Source of the DNA: an uncultured Chroococcidiopsis sp. | GTDB taxonomy: Bacteria > Cyanobacteriota > Cyanobacteriia > Cyanobacteriales > Chroococcidiopsidaceae | Direction of reading: 5' to 3' | Assembly (NCBI GenBank): GCA_964248365.1 | Contig: CAXTYC010000009.1 | Coordinates: forward strand, 126,091-148,462 | Length of the DNA stretch: 22,372 bases | Shown here: positions 9,600 to 16,511 of the stretch, piece after piece | Position numbering within the stretch: position 1 is the first letter of the stretch | How the letters are laid out: each line of letters opens with the position of its first letter | The notes under the pieces: model-generated | Database searches by the model: none | What the model was told of the DNA's origin: nothing | Seen by the model: the letters and a program-made list of their open reading frames with translations, nothing else | Made by a program: the position numbers and the translations under genes

Positions 9600-10742
9600 A
9601 TGGCAGAACCAAAAAAGGTGCAAAGCACAACCTCTAATTCTCCCCAAAAAGACGATGCATCTTTTTTGTCGTTTTTTGCCCAAAATATAGGTGATGTAGG
9701 AAAAGCGATCGTCTCTTTCCCCGAAACTGCTTCTCAACAAATTCAAGTTTGGTTAACCCCAGCCACAAAAACAGCAGGAGAAGCAGTTAATTTTGTAGGC
9801 AATAATTGGTTTATACGTAGAGTCTCTCGTTTCCTCAACCTTGGTTGGCTAGTTGGCGCTACCAGCAATATAGACTTGGCGAAAGCAGAAGCAGAGGTGA
9901 GAAAGCTACAGCAAGAACATCCAAACGAATCACCCAGTCAAATTGCTCATCGGATCATGATAGAGAAAGCTAAACGGGCTGGGGGAATTGGATTAGCTAC
10001 TAGTATAATACCAGGAGCAGCATTAGCATTATTAGCAGTTGATTTGGCAGCAACGACGCAGTTACAAGCGGAAATGGTGCATCAAATTGCGGCTGCATAT
10101 GGACTGGATTTGAAAGATCCTGCCCGTAAAGGTGAAGTATTGGGCATTTTTGGACTGGGATTGGGTGGAAGTAGGTTACTAAAGGCTGCGGGTTTAGGAT
10201 TATTACGTAACATACCCTTTGCCGGAGCGGTAATTGGCGCAAGTTCTGATGCAACTATGCTGTATTCTTTAGGATATGCAGCTTGTAGGTTTTATGAAGC
10301 AAAGCTGAAATCACCAGAGGCTGTAACTTCTAAAGAAACATTACAAACTTTAAAACAACAAAGCGAAAAATATCTGGAATGTGCGATCGCTCAACAAATT
10401 GTCATGGATCGGATTTTGGTAAATATGATCCGCGCAAGTTATCCAGAAAAACAAGCGTCGGAAATTTTGCCTCAGTTAAAAGCACTTAACCTCAGTGCTG
10501 ATTCATTAAAAGCAATCTCCGCTGATATTAAATCACCTCAGCCTTTAGATACGTTGCTAAATCAACTCAATCGTGACTTTGCAATTCCCCTCGCCGCTCA
10601 ATGTTACCGTATAGCCCAAGCTGATGGAGTCACTACGCCCGAAGAAGCAAAGATTATGGAAGCGATCGCTAATAAGTTTAACATTGACATGAATTCAATT
10701 AAGGCAAATGTAGAAGGGGCGATCCCTGCTAACCAGAAATAA
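9600..10742 (+). CDS. EcsC/DUF697-like membrane-associated protein with C-terminal TerB-like helical domain, 380 aa
   Basis: Gly/Ala-rich AVDLAATTQLQAEMVHQIAAAYG...IPFAGAVIGA (EcsC-like) and C-terminal YRIAQADGVTTPEEAKIM (TerB-like). ATG at 9600. Confidence 0.7.
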   Translation: MAEPKKVQSTTSNSPQKDDASFLSFFAQNIGDVGKAIVSFPETASQQIQVWLTPATKTAGEAVNFVGNNWFIRRVSRFLNLGWLVGATSNIDLAKAEAEVRKLQQEHPNESPSQIAHRIMIEKAKRAGGIGLATSIIPGAALALLAVDLAATTQLQAEMVHQIAAAYGLDLKDPARKGEVLGIFGLGLGGSRLLKAAGLGLLRNIPFAGAVIGASSDATMLYSLGYAACRFYEAKLKSPEAVTSKETLQTLKQQSEKYLECAIAQQIVMDRILVNMIRASYPEKQASEILPQLKALNLSADSLKAISADIKSPQPLDTLLNQLNRDFAIPLAAQCYRIAQADGVTTPEEAKIMEAIANKFNIDMNSIKANVEGAIPANQK

Positions 10743-10794
10743 GGGTAAGTTGTGTCTATCTTTGGATGTTACATAGGATCTGGATTATGATGTC

Positions 10795-10868
10795 ACGCAA
10801 AGACGAGGACACTTGCGTGCGGGGGTTTCCCCCGCCCACGCAAAGTGTTCGGTGCAAAGGCGCTAAGA
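10795..10868. repeat. Small dispersed palindromic repeat nested in a CGCAAAG repeat
   Basis: GACACTTGCGTGCGGGGG-TTT-CCCCGCCCACGCAAAGTGTT hairpin flanked by CACGCAAAGACG / GCAAAGGCGCTAAG. Confidence 0.6.
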
Positions 10869-10921
10869 AAGACAAAGAAGGTTAACTGTTGGGTATGCAA
10901 AGCTAAAAATTGAGCTAATAG

Positions 10922-10950
10922 AAGCGCCTGGAAAAATCGGGCGCTTTTTT
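10922..10950 (+). terminator. Rho-independent terminator
   Basis: AAGCGCCTG-N7-CGGGCGCTT followed by a T run. Confidence 0.7.
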
Positions 10951-11025
10951 GCTTCCTGTAGTGATTAGAGCTTTTGAACTGGGCATTCTAAATAGTGAAG
11001 TCTTTCCCAGTCAATATTGCTAGCC

Positions 11026-11694
11026 ATGAAACAGGCAAATGTAACAAAATCCCAATGGGCTGCATGGTTTCCCTATCCCAAATCTTGGGTGAGGGCGCTT
11101 GGTTTACTCCTATTGTTCCTGGGCGTTGTAGCTATTTTAAGAATACTGATCTACTGGGGCTTGCCAGTTTCACTGATTTTATCTCAAAAGCAGGATTCAA
11201 CACCAATAATTGCTTTTCTATCCACAGTCTATTTTGTAATACCAATTATTTTAATTTCTTCTATCCACTACATTTTCTTTGGCAAATCTCGTCCTCGCTG
11301 GCTACCCAAACTTAAGAGTTTGTGGGTAGGATTTTATAGCTGGTTTGCGATTATCGTGTCCACGCTTGTCAGCTTGGGTATTGTTATGCCCTTTATCTAT
11401 AGATCTAAATTTAGCCTTTATCAGTTAGGTTACTTTCCTTTGACAGATACTGAAGTAAGCTGGTTGATTGCTATCTGGATAATTAGTGCTGCCTATCTTT
11501 GCCATGCTGAGTATTTGCTAAAACGTTGGTTGGTTACTAATTTTAGGAAAGCTTACAAGCCATCGGTAACTAGTCAACCTATGGGTAAAAATTTTGCTAT
11601 TGATAATGTAGATGTAGAACTTGATAATTTACGCGGACATATGGGGTTGCACGAAACCAAGAGTAAGGATAAACCAAAGCCTAAAAGGCAGTAA
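11026..11694 (+). CDS. Hypothetical integral membrane protein (about 4 TM helices), 222 aa
   Basis: Long ORF with hydrophobic segments, N-terminal WFPYPKSW and a charged C-tail. ATG at 11026. No function recognised. Confidence 0.75.
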   Translation: MKQANVTKSQWAAWFPYPKSWVRALGLLLLFLGVVAILRILIYWGLPVSLILSQKQDSTPIIAFLSTVYFVIPIILISSIHYIFFGKSRPRWLPKLKSLWVGFYSWFAIIVSTLVSLGIVMPFIYRSKFSLYQLGYFPLTDTEVSWLIAIWIISAAYLCHAEYLLKRWLVTNFRKAYKPSVTSQPMGKNFAIDNVDVELDNLRGHMGLHETKSKDKPKPKRQ

Positions 11695-11700
11695 AGTTTA

Positions 11701-11724
11701 GTAGGGTGCTAAGCTAGCACCTAC
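11701..11724. repeat. GTAG-type REP palindrome
   Basis: GTAGGGTGCTAAGCTAGCACCTAC. Confidence 0.65.
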
Positions 11725-11797
11725 GACGGGGAAGAAAAATAAAGCGATCGCATCTATCTGGAGGCTAGAATAGATATCTAATTACCATAAACCAAAT

Positions 11798-12574
11798 ATG
11801 GAAACCTTACTAGGCACATTTTTGGCTGCATCCTTCTTTCTAGCAGCCTCTGGACTCAAGCTTGACCGAGAATATCAGCGTGGTGTCATCTTCCGACTAG
11901 GCAGAATTCAAGGCGTGAGAGGACCTGGGTTATACTGGATTTTACCTGTCTTAGACCAAAAGGCTCAAGTCGATATTCGCACCAAAACGGTGAATATAGA
12001 ACCACAAGAAACTGTGACTGCTGATAGTGTCACGATTAGAGTCAACGCTGTTCTCTATTACCGAATTCTCGATCCTTCAAAAGCTATTAACAAAGTTGAG
12101 AATTACGAATTAGCTGTTTACCAAACTGCTCTTACTACTCTTCGTAATGTCGTTGGTCAAAACATTTTAGATGATGTCCTGCAAAATCGTGATAAAATTA
12201 ATATCAAAGTGCAGGAAATTGTAGACGAAATTACCGAGCCTTGGGGCATTGTTATTGAGCGGGTGGAAATGAAAGATGTAGAAATTCCCCCAGCAATGCA
12301 ACGAGCAATGGCGAAAGAAGCAGAAGCAATTCGAGAAAAACGCGCTCGGATAATTAAAGCCGCAGCCGAACAAGAAGCCTCGGCTAAGTTAGCAGAAGCC
12401 TCGCAAATGATTATGAAAAATCCAGCGGCTTTGGAATTACGGCGACTGCAAATGTTAACAGAAGTTGGCGCGGAAAATAATACTACCACAATAGTTATGA
12501 TGCCATCTGATTTTATGAATTTGGCTAAGAAATTATCAGATTCAATTTCAGATAATCATCAAAATCCAAAGTAG
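11798..12574 (+). CDS. SPFH/Band 7 stomatin-like (slipin) protein, 258 aa
   Basis: EYQRGVIFRLGR...GPGLYWILP, TLRNVVG, WGIVIERVEMKDV and AMAKEAEAIREKRARII are stomatin family motifs. Confidence 0.95.
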   Translation: METLLGTFLAASFFLAASGLKLDREYQRGVIFRLGRIQGVRGPGLYWILPVLDQKAQVDIRTKTVNIEPQETVTADSVTIRVNAVLYYRILDPSKAINKVENYELAVYQTALTTLRNVVGQNILDDVLQNRDKINIKVQEIVDEITEPWGIVIERVEMKDVEIPPAMQRAMAKEAEAIREKRARIIKAAAEQEASAKLAEASQMIMKNPAALELRRLQMLTEVGAENNTTTIVMMPSDFMNLAKKLSDSISDNHQNPK

Positions 12575-12610
12575 GGTGCGTTAGGTGCTTATGCACCGTA
12601 ACGCACCTAC
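12571..12610. repeat. GTAG-type REP palindrome overlapping the SPFH stop codon
   Basis: GTAGGGTGCGTTA-GGTGC-TTAT-GCACC-GTAACGCACCTAC nested hairpin. Confidence 0.75.
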
Positions 12611-12621
12611 AGTTTAATCAT

Positions 12622-12663
12622 GTAAAAATCATAACAAACAGCAATTAAGATTACCTGTAGGAT
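12622..12663 (+). promoter_or_regulatory. Putative NtcA-activated promoter of cynS
   Basis: GTA-AAAATCAT-AAC (12622-12635; one mismatch to GTA-N8-TAC), exactly 22 nt, then TAGGAT (12658-12663, TAN3T -10 box). Confidence 0.65.
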
Positions 12664-12698
12664 GAATGTCTAAGGAGCAATTTTTGGAGTAAATTAAT

Positions 12699-13136
12699 AT
12701 GCTACCAGACATTACTGAAAAACTTTTAGCAGCAAAGAAAGAGCAAAGTGTAAGTTTCGCAGACTTAGAAAAAGCTGTAGGCAGAGATGAAGTTTGGATT
12801 GCTGCTGTATTCTACCGTCAAGCTAGTGCTTCCGAAGATGAGGCACAAAAGATTTTGTCAGCTTTGGGATTGCCTTCACATCTAGCTACTCAATTAACAG
12901 ATTTTCCACTTAAAGGTAATAGTCCTGTAGTCCCAACTGATCCACTAATTTATCGCTTTTATGAAATCATGCAAGTGTATGGTATGCCACTAAAAAGCGT
13001 GATTCATGAAAAGTTTGGTGATGGTATTATGAGTGCAATAGACTTTACCTTAGATGTGGAAAAAGAAGAAGATCCCAAAGGCGATCGCGTTAGGATAATT
13101 ATGTCTGGCAAGTTCTTACCATATAAAAAGTGGTAA
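12699..13136 (+). CDS. cynS: Cyanate hydratase (cyanase), 145 aa
   Basis: [17 protein letters not shown]...[15 protein letters not shown]...GKFLPY cyanase signature. Confidence 0.97.
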   Translation: MLPDITEKLLAAKKEQSVSFADLEKAVGRDEVWIAAVFYRQASASEDEAQKILSALGLPSHLATQLTDFPLKGNSPVVPTDPLIYRFYEIMQVYGMPLKSVIHEKFGDGIMSAIDFTLDVEKEEDPKGDRVRIIMSGKFLPYKKW

Positions 13137-13158
13137 ATAGATAAAGTGAGGCTGAGCC

Positions 13159-13205
13159 GATCCCCCCTTTTGTTCCCCCCTTAAAAAAAGGGGTTAGGGG
13201 GGATC
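13159..13205. repeat. Palindromic cyanobacterial repeat / probable bidirectional terminator between convergent genes
   Basis: GATCCCCCC...CCCC-TTAAAAAAA-GGGG...GGGGGGATC inverted repeat. Confidence 0.6.
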
Positions 13206-14467
13206 TAAAATCTCTGTGCTAATTGGGGTAAACGTCCTCGCAAACCTGTCATTAATTGCAGGGCGTATTTTTTCACCGGATGAACTTGCTTTAATATCAA
13301 TAATCCCAAGCGACGCGCGATCACAACGGGCAAGAAATTATTAGAAAACACGCGATCGAGCAAATCAGTAAAACCTAAAATTGTCAAGTTCTCTTGCTTG
13401 CGCCAGCGTTCATAACGCTTGAGTACCTGCAAAGAGCCAATATCTTCCCCTTGATTATAAGCAGATTGTACCACTTGTGCCAACGCTGCTGCATCCCGAA
13501 TGCCCATATTTAATCCTTGTCCACCGACAGGATGACAGCAATGTGCAGCGTCACCAACTAGGGCAAGTCGGGGTGACACATAGCGATCGCTCTGCATCAG
13601 TTGGACTTGAAACACAAAGCGCGAGCCTTCTAGTTGCAATTCTCCCATTTGTTCGCCATATCTGCGCTTCAGTTCTGCTAAAAATTGCTCATCGTCCAAA
13701 GCGACTAATGCTTTCGCCTCTTCATGAGGTGCTGTCCAAACGATGCGGCAACGGTTCCCTGGAAGCGGTAAAATTGCAAATGGTCCACTAGACCAAAAAC
13801 GCTCGTAGGCGATATTGTTGTGGGGTTTTTCTGGTTTGACAAAGGCGACGATGCACGATTGCCAGTATTGCCAACCATGTGTTTTAATTCCAGCAGAAGA
13901 GCGAATACGCGATCGCGCTCCATCGGCTGCTACCAGCAACCTCGTGCGGATAGTTTGAGATTCACCCTCTATATTGAGCGATATTTCGACTCCATCGGGT
14001 TGATATCCAGTTTGCACCACTTCAGCCGGACATAGATATTTCACATTCGGACACTGGTGCATAAACTCCTGTAAGGGAGTTAACAACGCCTGGTGTTCTG
14101 CTACATATCCCAGCACATCTGTACCTAAATCGGTTGGTTGAAACTCCACCACACCAGGATAATCTGCATCTGACAGGCGAACAGAGCGAAAAGACTCAAT
14201 TTGGGGCAGAATTTTATCCCAGATCCCAATGCCCTCTAAAATGAGCTTGGATGACATATGTACAGCATAAGCTTGCCCTTTCATCGCCGCTACAGAATAG
14301 GGTTTTGCCTCAATCAACCCTACACTTAGCCCAGAATCTTTTAAAGCACAGGCAAGGGTTAAGCCGATAATACCACCCCCCACAATTGCTAGATCATAGT
14401 CAAAGCTGTTTTGGGGTGTAGTAGTGTGGGAGGGTGAAATAGTGCGATCTAGCTGCTCCAGTGCCAT
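13205..14467 (-). CDS. FAD-dependent hydroxylase, UbiH/COQ6 family, 420 aa
   Basis: IVGGGIIG (Rossmann fold), LLVAADGARS (DG motif) and LVGDAAHCCHPVGGQGLNMGIRD (GD motif). Confidence 0.93.
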   Translation of the reverse strand: MALEQLDRTISPSHTTTPQNSFDYDLAIVGGGIIGLTLACALKDSGLSVGLIEAKPYSVAAMKGQAYAVHMSSKLILEGIGIWDKILPQIESFRSVRLSDADYPGVVEFQPTDLGTDVLGYVAEHQALLTPLQEFMHQCPNVKYLCPAEVVQTGYQPDGVEISLNIEGESQTIRTRLLVAADGARSRIRSSAGIKTHGWQYWQSCIVAFVKPEKPHNNIAYERFWSSGPFAILPLPGNRCRIVWTAPHEEAKALVALDDEQFLAELKRRYGEQMGELQLEGSRFVFQVQLMQSDRYVSPRLALVGDAAHCCHPVGGQGLNMGIRDAAALAQVVQSAYNQGEDIGSLQVLKRYERWRKQENLTILGFTDLLDRVFSNNFLPVVIARRLGLLILKQVHPVKKYALQLMTGLRGRLPQLAQRF

Positions 14468-14544
14468 TGTTAACAGAATTTTTCAAAAATGATAGGAATA
14501 TTTACTTTCCTTCATTGTGACACGGATAGTTTTGGTGAGCCAGT

Positions 14545-14575
14545 GCGTAGGGCTTTGCCCAAGCTTCGGCATCGC
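14545..14575. mobile_element. 23-nt SDR5-like element inserted within a HIP1 site
   Basis: GCG[TAGGGCTTTGCCCAAGCTTCGGC]ATCGC; a second copy with one mismatch is at 15510-15540. Confidence 0.75.
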
Positions 14576-14597
14576 ACTGTAATCGAGTTTAGCCAAA

Positions 14598-14624
14598 CAA
14601 AAAACCCTGATGGAATATCAGGGC
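14598..14624 (-). terminator. Rho-independent terminator after small-protein gene 1
   Basis: Minus strand GCCCTGA-TATTCCA-TCAGGG-TTTTTT. Confidence 0.75.
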
Positions 14625-14721
14625 TAAATCATTTATTTGATGTAGAAGGTATTTGTGTAGTATCCGTAGCTTTTAGAGTTAGTAGTAAGCCTTGCGAATA
14701 TTTTGTGTGATTATTGTTTCT

Positions 14722-14865
14722 CTAACGATGACGGTAGTGGTGGGTGCGATGATGATGGGTGTGATGATGTCTAAGTGTTTTTGCTTGTGCTGCGCCTCCA
14801 AAGGAGATGGCTACAGGGGTAGCTAGAACTAGAGCTAGAAGTAAACCTTTAGCTAACTTATTCAT
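14722..14865 (-). CDS. Small secreted poly-His peptide, paralog 1 (47 aa; not in ORF track)
   Basis: Translates MNKLAKGLLLALVLATPVAISFGGAAQA-KTLRHHHTHHHRTHHYRHR*. Signal peptide is homologous to the three neighbouring genes and it shares their upstream motif. Confidence 0.8.
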   Translation of the reverse strand: MNKLAKGLLLALVLATPVAISFGGAAQAKTLRHHHTHHHRTHHYRHR

Positions 14866-14893
14866 GACATTGTGTGAAATCAACTACGACTAG

Positions 14894-14948
14894 AGTATGC
14901 AAAAACTACATGACAGCTTTGTGTCAGCTAGATAGAGTTTCTATGTCA
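14894..14948 (-). promoter_or_regulatory. Conserved 55-bp promoter/operator motif, copy 1
   Basis: TGACATAGAAA CTCTATCTAGC TGACACAAAGC TGTCATGTAGT TTTTGCATACT, 28 nt before the ATG. Confidence 0.75.
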
Positions 14949-15033
14949 GATTTGTAAAAGTAAGTAACACTTTGCCAAGTATTAAATATTTCTTGTGCAG
15001 TGATTAATTTGAAGAAATTTTAAGAGCGATCGC

Positions 15034-15063
15034 AAAAAAAACCCGCTGATTTTTCAGCAGGTT
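15034..15063 (-). terminator. Rho-independent terminator after small-protein gene 2
   Basis: Minus strand AACCTGCTGA-AAAA-TCAGCGGG-TTTTTTTT. Confidence 0.75.
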
Positions 15064-15136
15064 CACTTTATCCTATTAACTTCCACTTCCCCAAAATTAT
15101 ACTAATTACTCTTAGCTCTATCGCATAGTAAAGAGA

Positions 15137-15346
15137 CTATTTTTTCATAGCTGATTGGGCAGCATGAGTACTTTTTCTAGCAGCGTGTCTGGTATGCTTG
15201 GCACGATGATGTTTTTTAGGCGTAGCCATAGCGACTTTCTGCTGCTGATGAGTTCCAACTGTCTTAGCCCCAGCTGCATTTGCAGAGATGGCTACAGGGG
15301 CTGCAAAGAATAGAGACAGAAGTAGAGCTTTAGCAAACTTGTTCAT
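15137..15346 (-). CDS. Small secreted Lys/His/Arg-rich protein, paralog 2 (69 aa)
   Basis: Sec signal MNKFAKALLLSLFFAAPVAISANAAGA, then a cationic tail with no D/E. AAGGA RBS upstream. Confidence 0.85.
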   Translation of the reverse strand: MNKFAKALLLSLFFAAPVAISANAAGAKTVGTHQQQKVAMATPKKHHRAKHTRHAARKSTHAAQSAMKK

Positions 15347-15378
15347 GAGAAAATCCTTGTTAGTGCAGTTACCATTAC

Positions 15379-15433
15379 AGTATGCAATTTCTGTATGGCT
15401 GTTTTGTGTCAGATCTATAGAGTTTTTATGTCA
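15379..15433 (-). promoter_or_regulatory. Conserved 55-bp promoter/operator motif, copy 2
   Basis: TGACATAAAAA CTCTATAGATC TGACACAAAAC AGCCATACAGA AATTGCATACT, 32 nt before the ATG. Confidence 0.75.
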
Positions 15434-15509
15434 GATATGTAATAACGGTAAGATTTTGCAGATTATTCAATATTTTTAGTGTGTCGATTATTTGAAGGAA
15501 TTTGAGTGT

Positions 15510-15540
15510 GCGTAGAGCTTTGCCCAAGCTTCGGCATCGC
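15510..15540. mobile_element. 23-nt SDR5-like element inserted within a HIP1 site
   Basis: GCG[TAGAGCTTTGCCCAAGCTTCGGC]ATCGC; the paralogous position at 15026-15033 carries an empty HIP1. Confidence 0.75.
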
Positions 15541-15564
15541 ACAATAATACAGTCGAGCGAACAC

Positions 15565-15597
15565 AAAAAAAATAACCCGCTAAAAAAGTAGCGGGCT
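15565..15597 (-). terminator. Rho-independent terminator after small-protein gene 3
   Basis: Minus strand GCCCGCTA-CTTTT-TTAGCGGG-TTATTTTTTTT. Confidence 0.7.
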
Positions 15598-15665
15598 TGC
15601 TTTCACTTAGTTAAATTAATTTACCAATTTCGCCACTAACTCTTAACTAAGTGGGCGTGTTGAGA

Positions 15666-15872
15666 CTACCTCTTTACCGCCCGATTGGTAGCTTTATGTC
15701 TTCTACCATGATGTCTAACTCTATGTCTCTTAGCACGGGGTTTCCTAGTTGTAGCTTGAGCTACTTGCATCGGCTGGTTTCCAACTGTCTTGGCTTGAAC
15801 TGCGGGTGCACAGATGGCTACAGGGGTAGCAAAGAATAGAGACAGAAGTAAAGCTTTAGCAAACTTGTTCAT
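15666..15872 (-). CDS. Small secreted Arg/His-rich protein, paralog 3 (68 aa)
   Basis: Signal MNKFAKALLLSLFFATPVAICAPAVQA, then KTVGNQPMQVAQATTRKPRAKRHRVRHHGRRHK... Confidence 0.85.
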   Translation of the reverse strand: MNKFAKALLLSLFFATPVAICAPAVQAKTVGNQPMQVAQATTRKPRAKRHRVRHHGRRHKATNRAVKR

Positions 15873-15908
15873 TTGTAGTTACTCATTATTCAAAAACCTC
15901 ACTCCTTA

Positions 15909-15963
15909 AATATGCAAGCAATTCATGACAGCTATGTGTCACTCCTGTAGAGTTTTTATGTCA
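15909..15963 (-). promoter_or_regulatory. Conserved 55-bp promoter/operator motif, copy 3
   Basis: TGACATAAAAA CTCTACAGGAG TGACACATAGC TGTCATGAATT GCTTGCATATT, 36 nt before the ATG. Confidence 0.75.
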
Positions 15964-16030
15964 GTTTTGTCTTTGTACTAAACTGAGCTTCATCAGCTAA
16001 ATTTTTATTTCGATCAACTAATAAGAATAC

Positions 16031-16060
16031 AAAAAGCCCCACTATATAACATAGCGGGGC
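16031..16060 (-). terminator. Probable Rho-independent terminator after small-protein gene 4
   Basis: Minus strand GCCCCGCTAT-GTTAT-ATAGTGGGC-TTTTT. Confidence 0.6.
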
Positions 16061-16161
16061 TAAATGATATTATGTTTTGTTAAGGGCTACCAAAACAAAT
16101 TTTCTATGCAACTAGGTGTCTATCAGCTGTTTGGATAGCAAAAAGACTACTTGTTTGTACT

Positions 16162-16479
16162 TCATTTTGGAGAAGCGGTTGGTGATGCAGCAGGAGAACT
16201 ACTTGGTGACGCGCTAGAAGAAGGAGAAGCGGTTGGTTTTGTAGTAGAAGTGTGCTTTCCAGAACTTGTGGTTGATTTCTTTTTGGTAGAATGATGTCTA
16301 GAATTATGTTTTTTAGGTTTGGTAGTTGTGGCTTGAGCTACTTGTGTGGATTTGTGAGTAGTAGACTGGGCTTTCTGTTGCTGGTTCGTAAGTTGCTTTG
16401 CCTGAACTGTAGGTGCAAATGTGGCGACAGGTGCTGAAACTACAAGAGCTAAAAGTAAAGCTTTAGTGAATTTATTCAT
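16162..16479 (-). CDS. Small secreted Lys/His-rich protein with Ser/Thr/Pro tail, paralog 4 (105 aa)
   Basis: Signal MNKFTKALLLALVVSAPVATFAPTVQA, QKAQS/QVAQA repeats, KKHNSRHHSTKKK and an ASPSSS/ASPT tail. GAGGAG RBS upstream. Confidence 0.88.
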   Translation of the reverse strand: MNKFTKALLLALVVSAPVATFAPTVQAKQLTNQQQKAQSTTHKSTQVAQATTTKPKKHNSRHHSTKKKSTTSSGKHTSTTKPTASPSSSASPSSSPAASPTASPK

Positions 16480-16511
16480 GGGAAACTCCTCATCAAAGAA
16501 CCAATAATTAA

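Noticed and set aside
14489..15839. Plus-strand ORFs 14489..14710, 15288..15479 and 15651..15839
   Set aside because: They are antisense shadows crossing terminators, promoters and the minus-strand small genes, with no coding features.
13205..16479. Small-protein array as RiPP precursors modified by the adjacent FAD hydroxylase
   Set aside because: The conserved N-termini are ordinary Sec signal peptides, not RiPP leaders. No peptidase/transporter or known maturase is nearby, terminators separate the genes, and the UbiH-like enzyme is a widespread cyanobacterial housekeeping gene.
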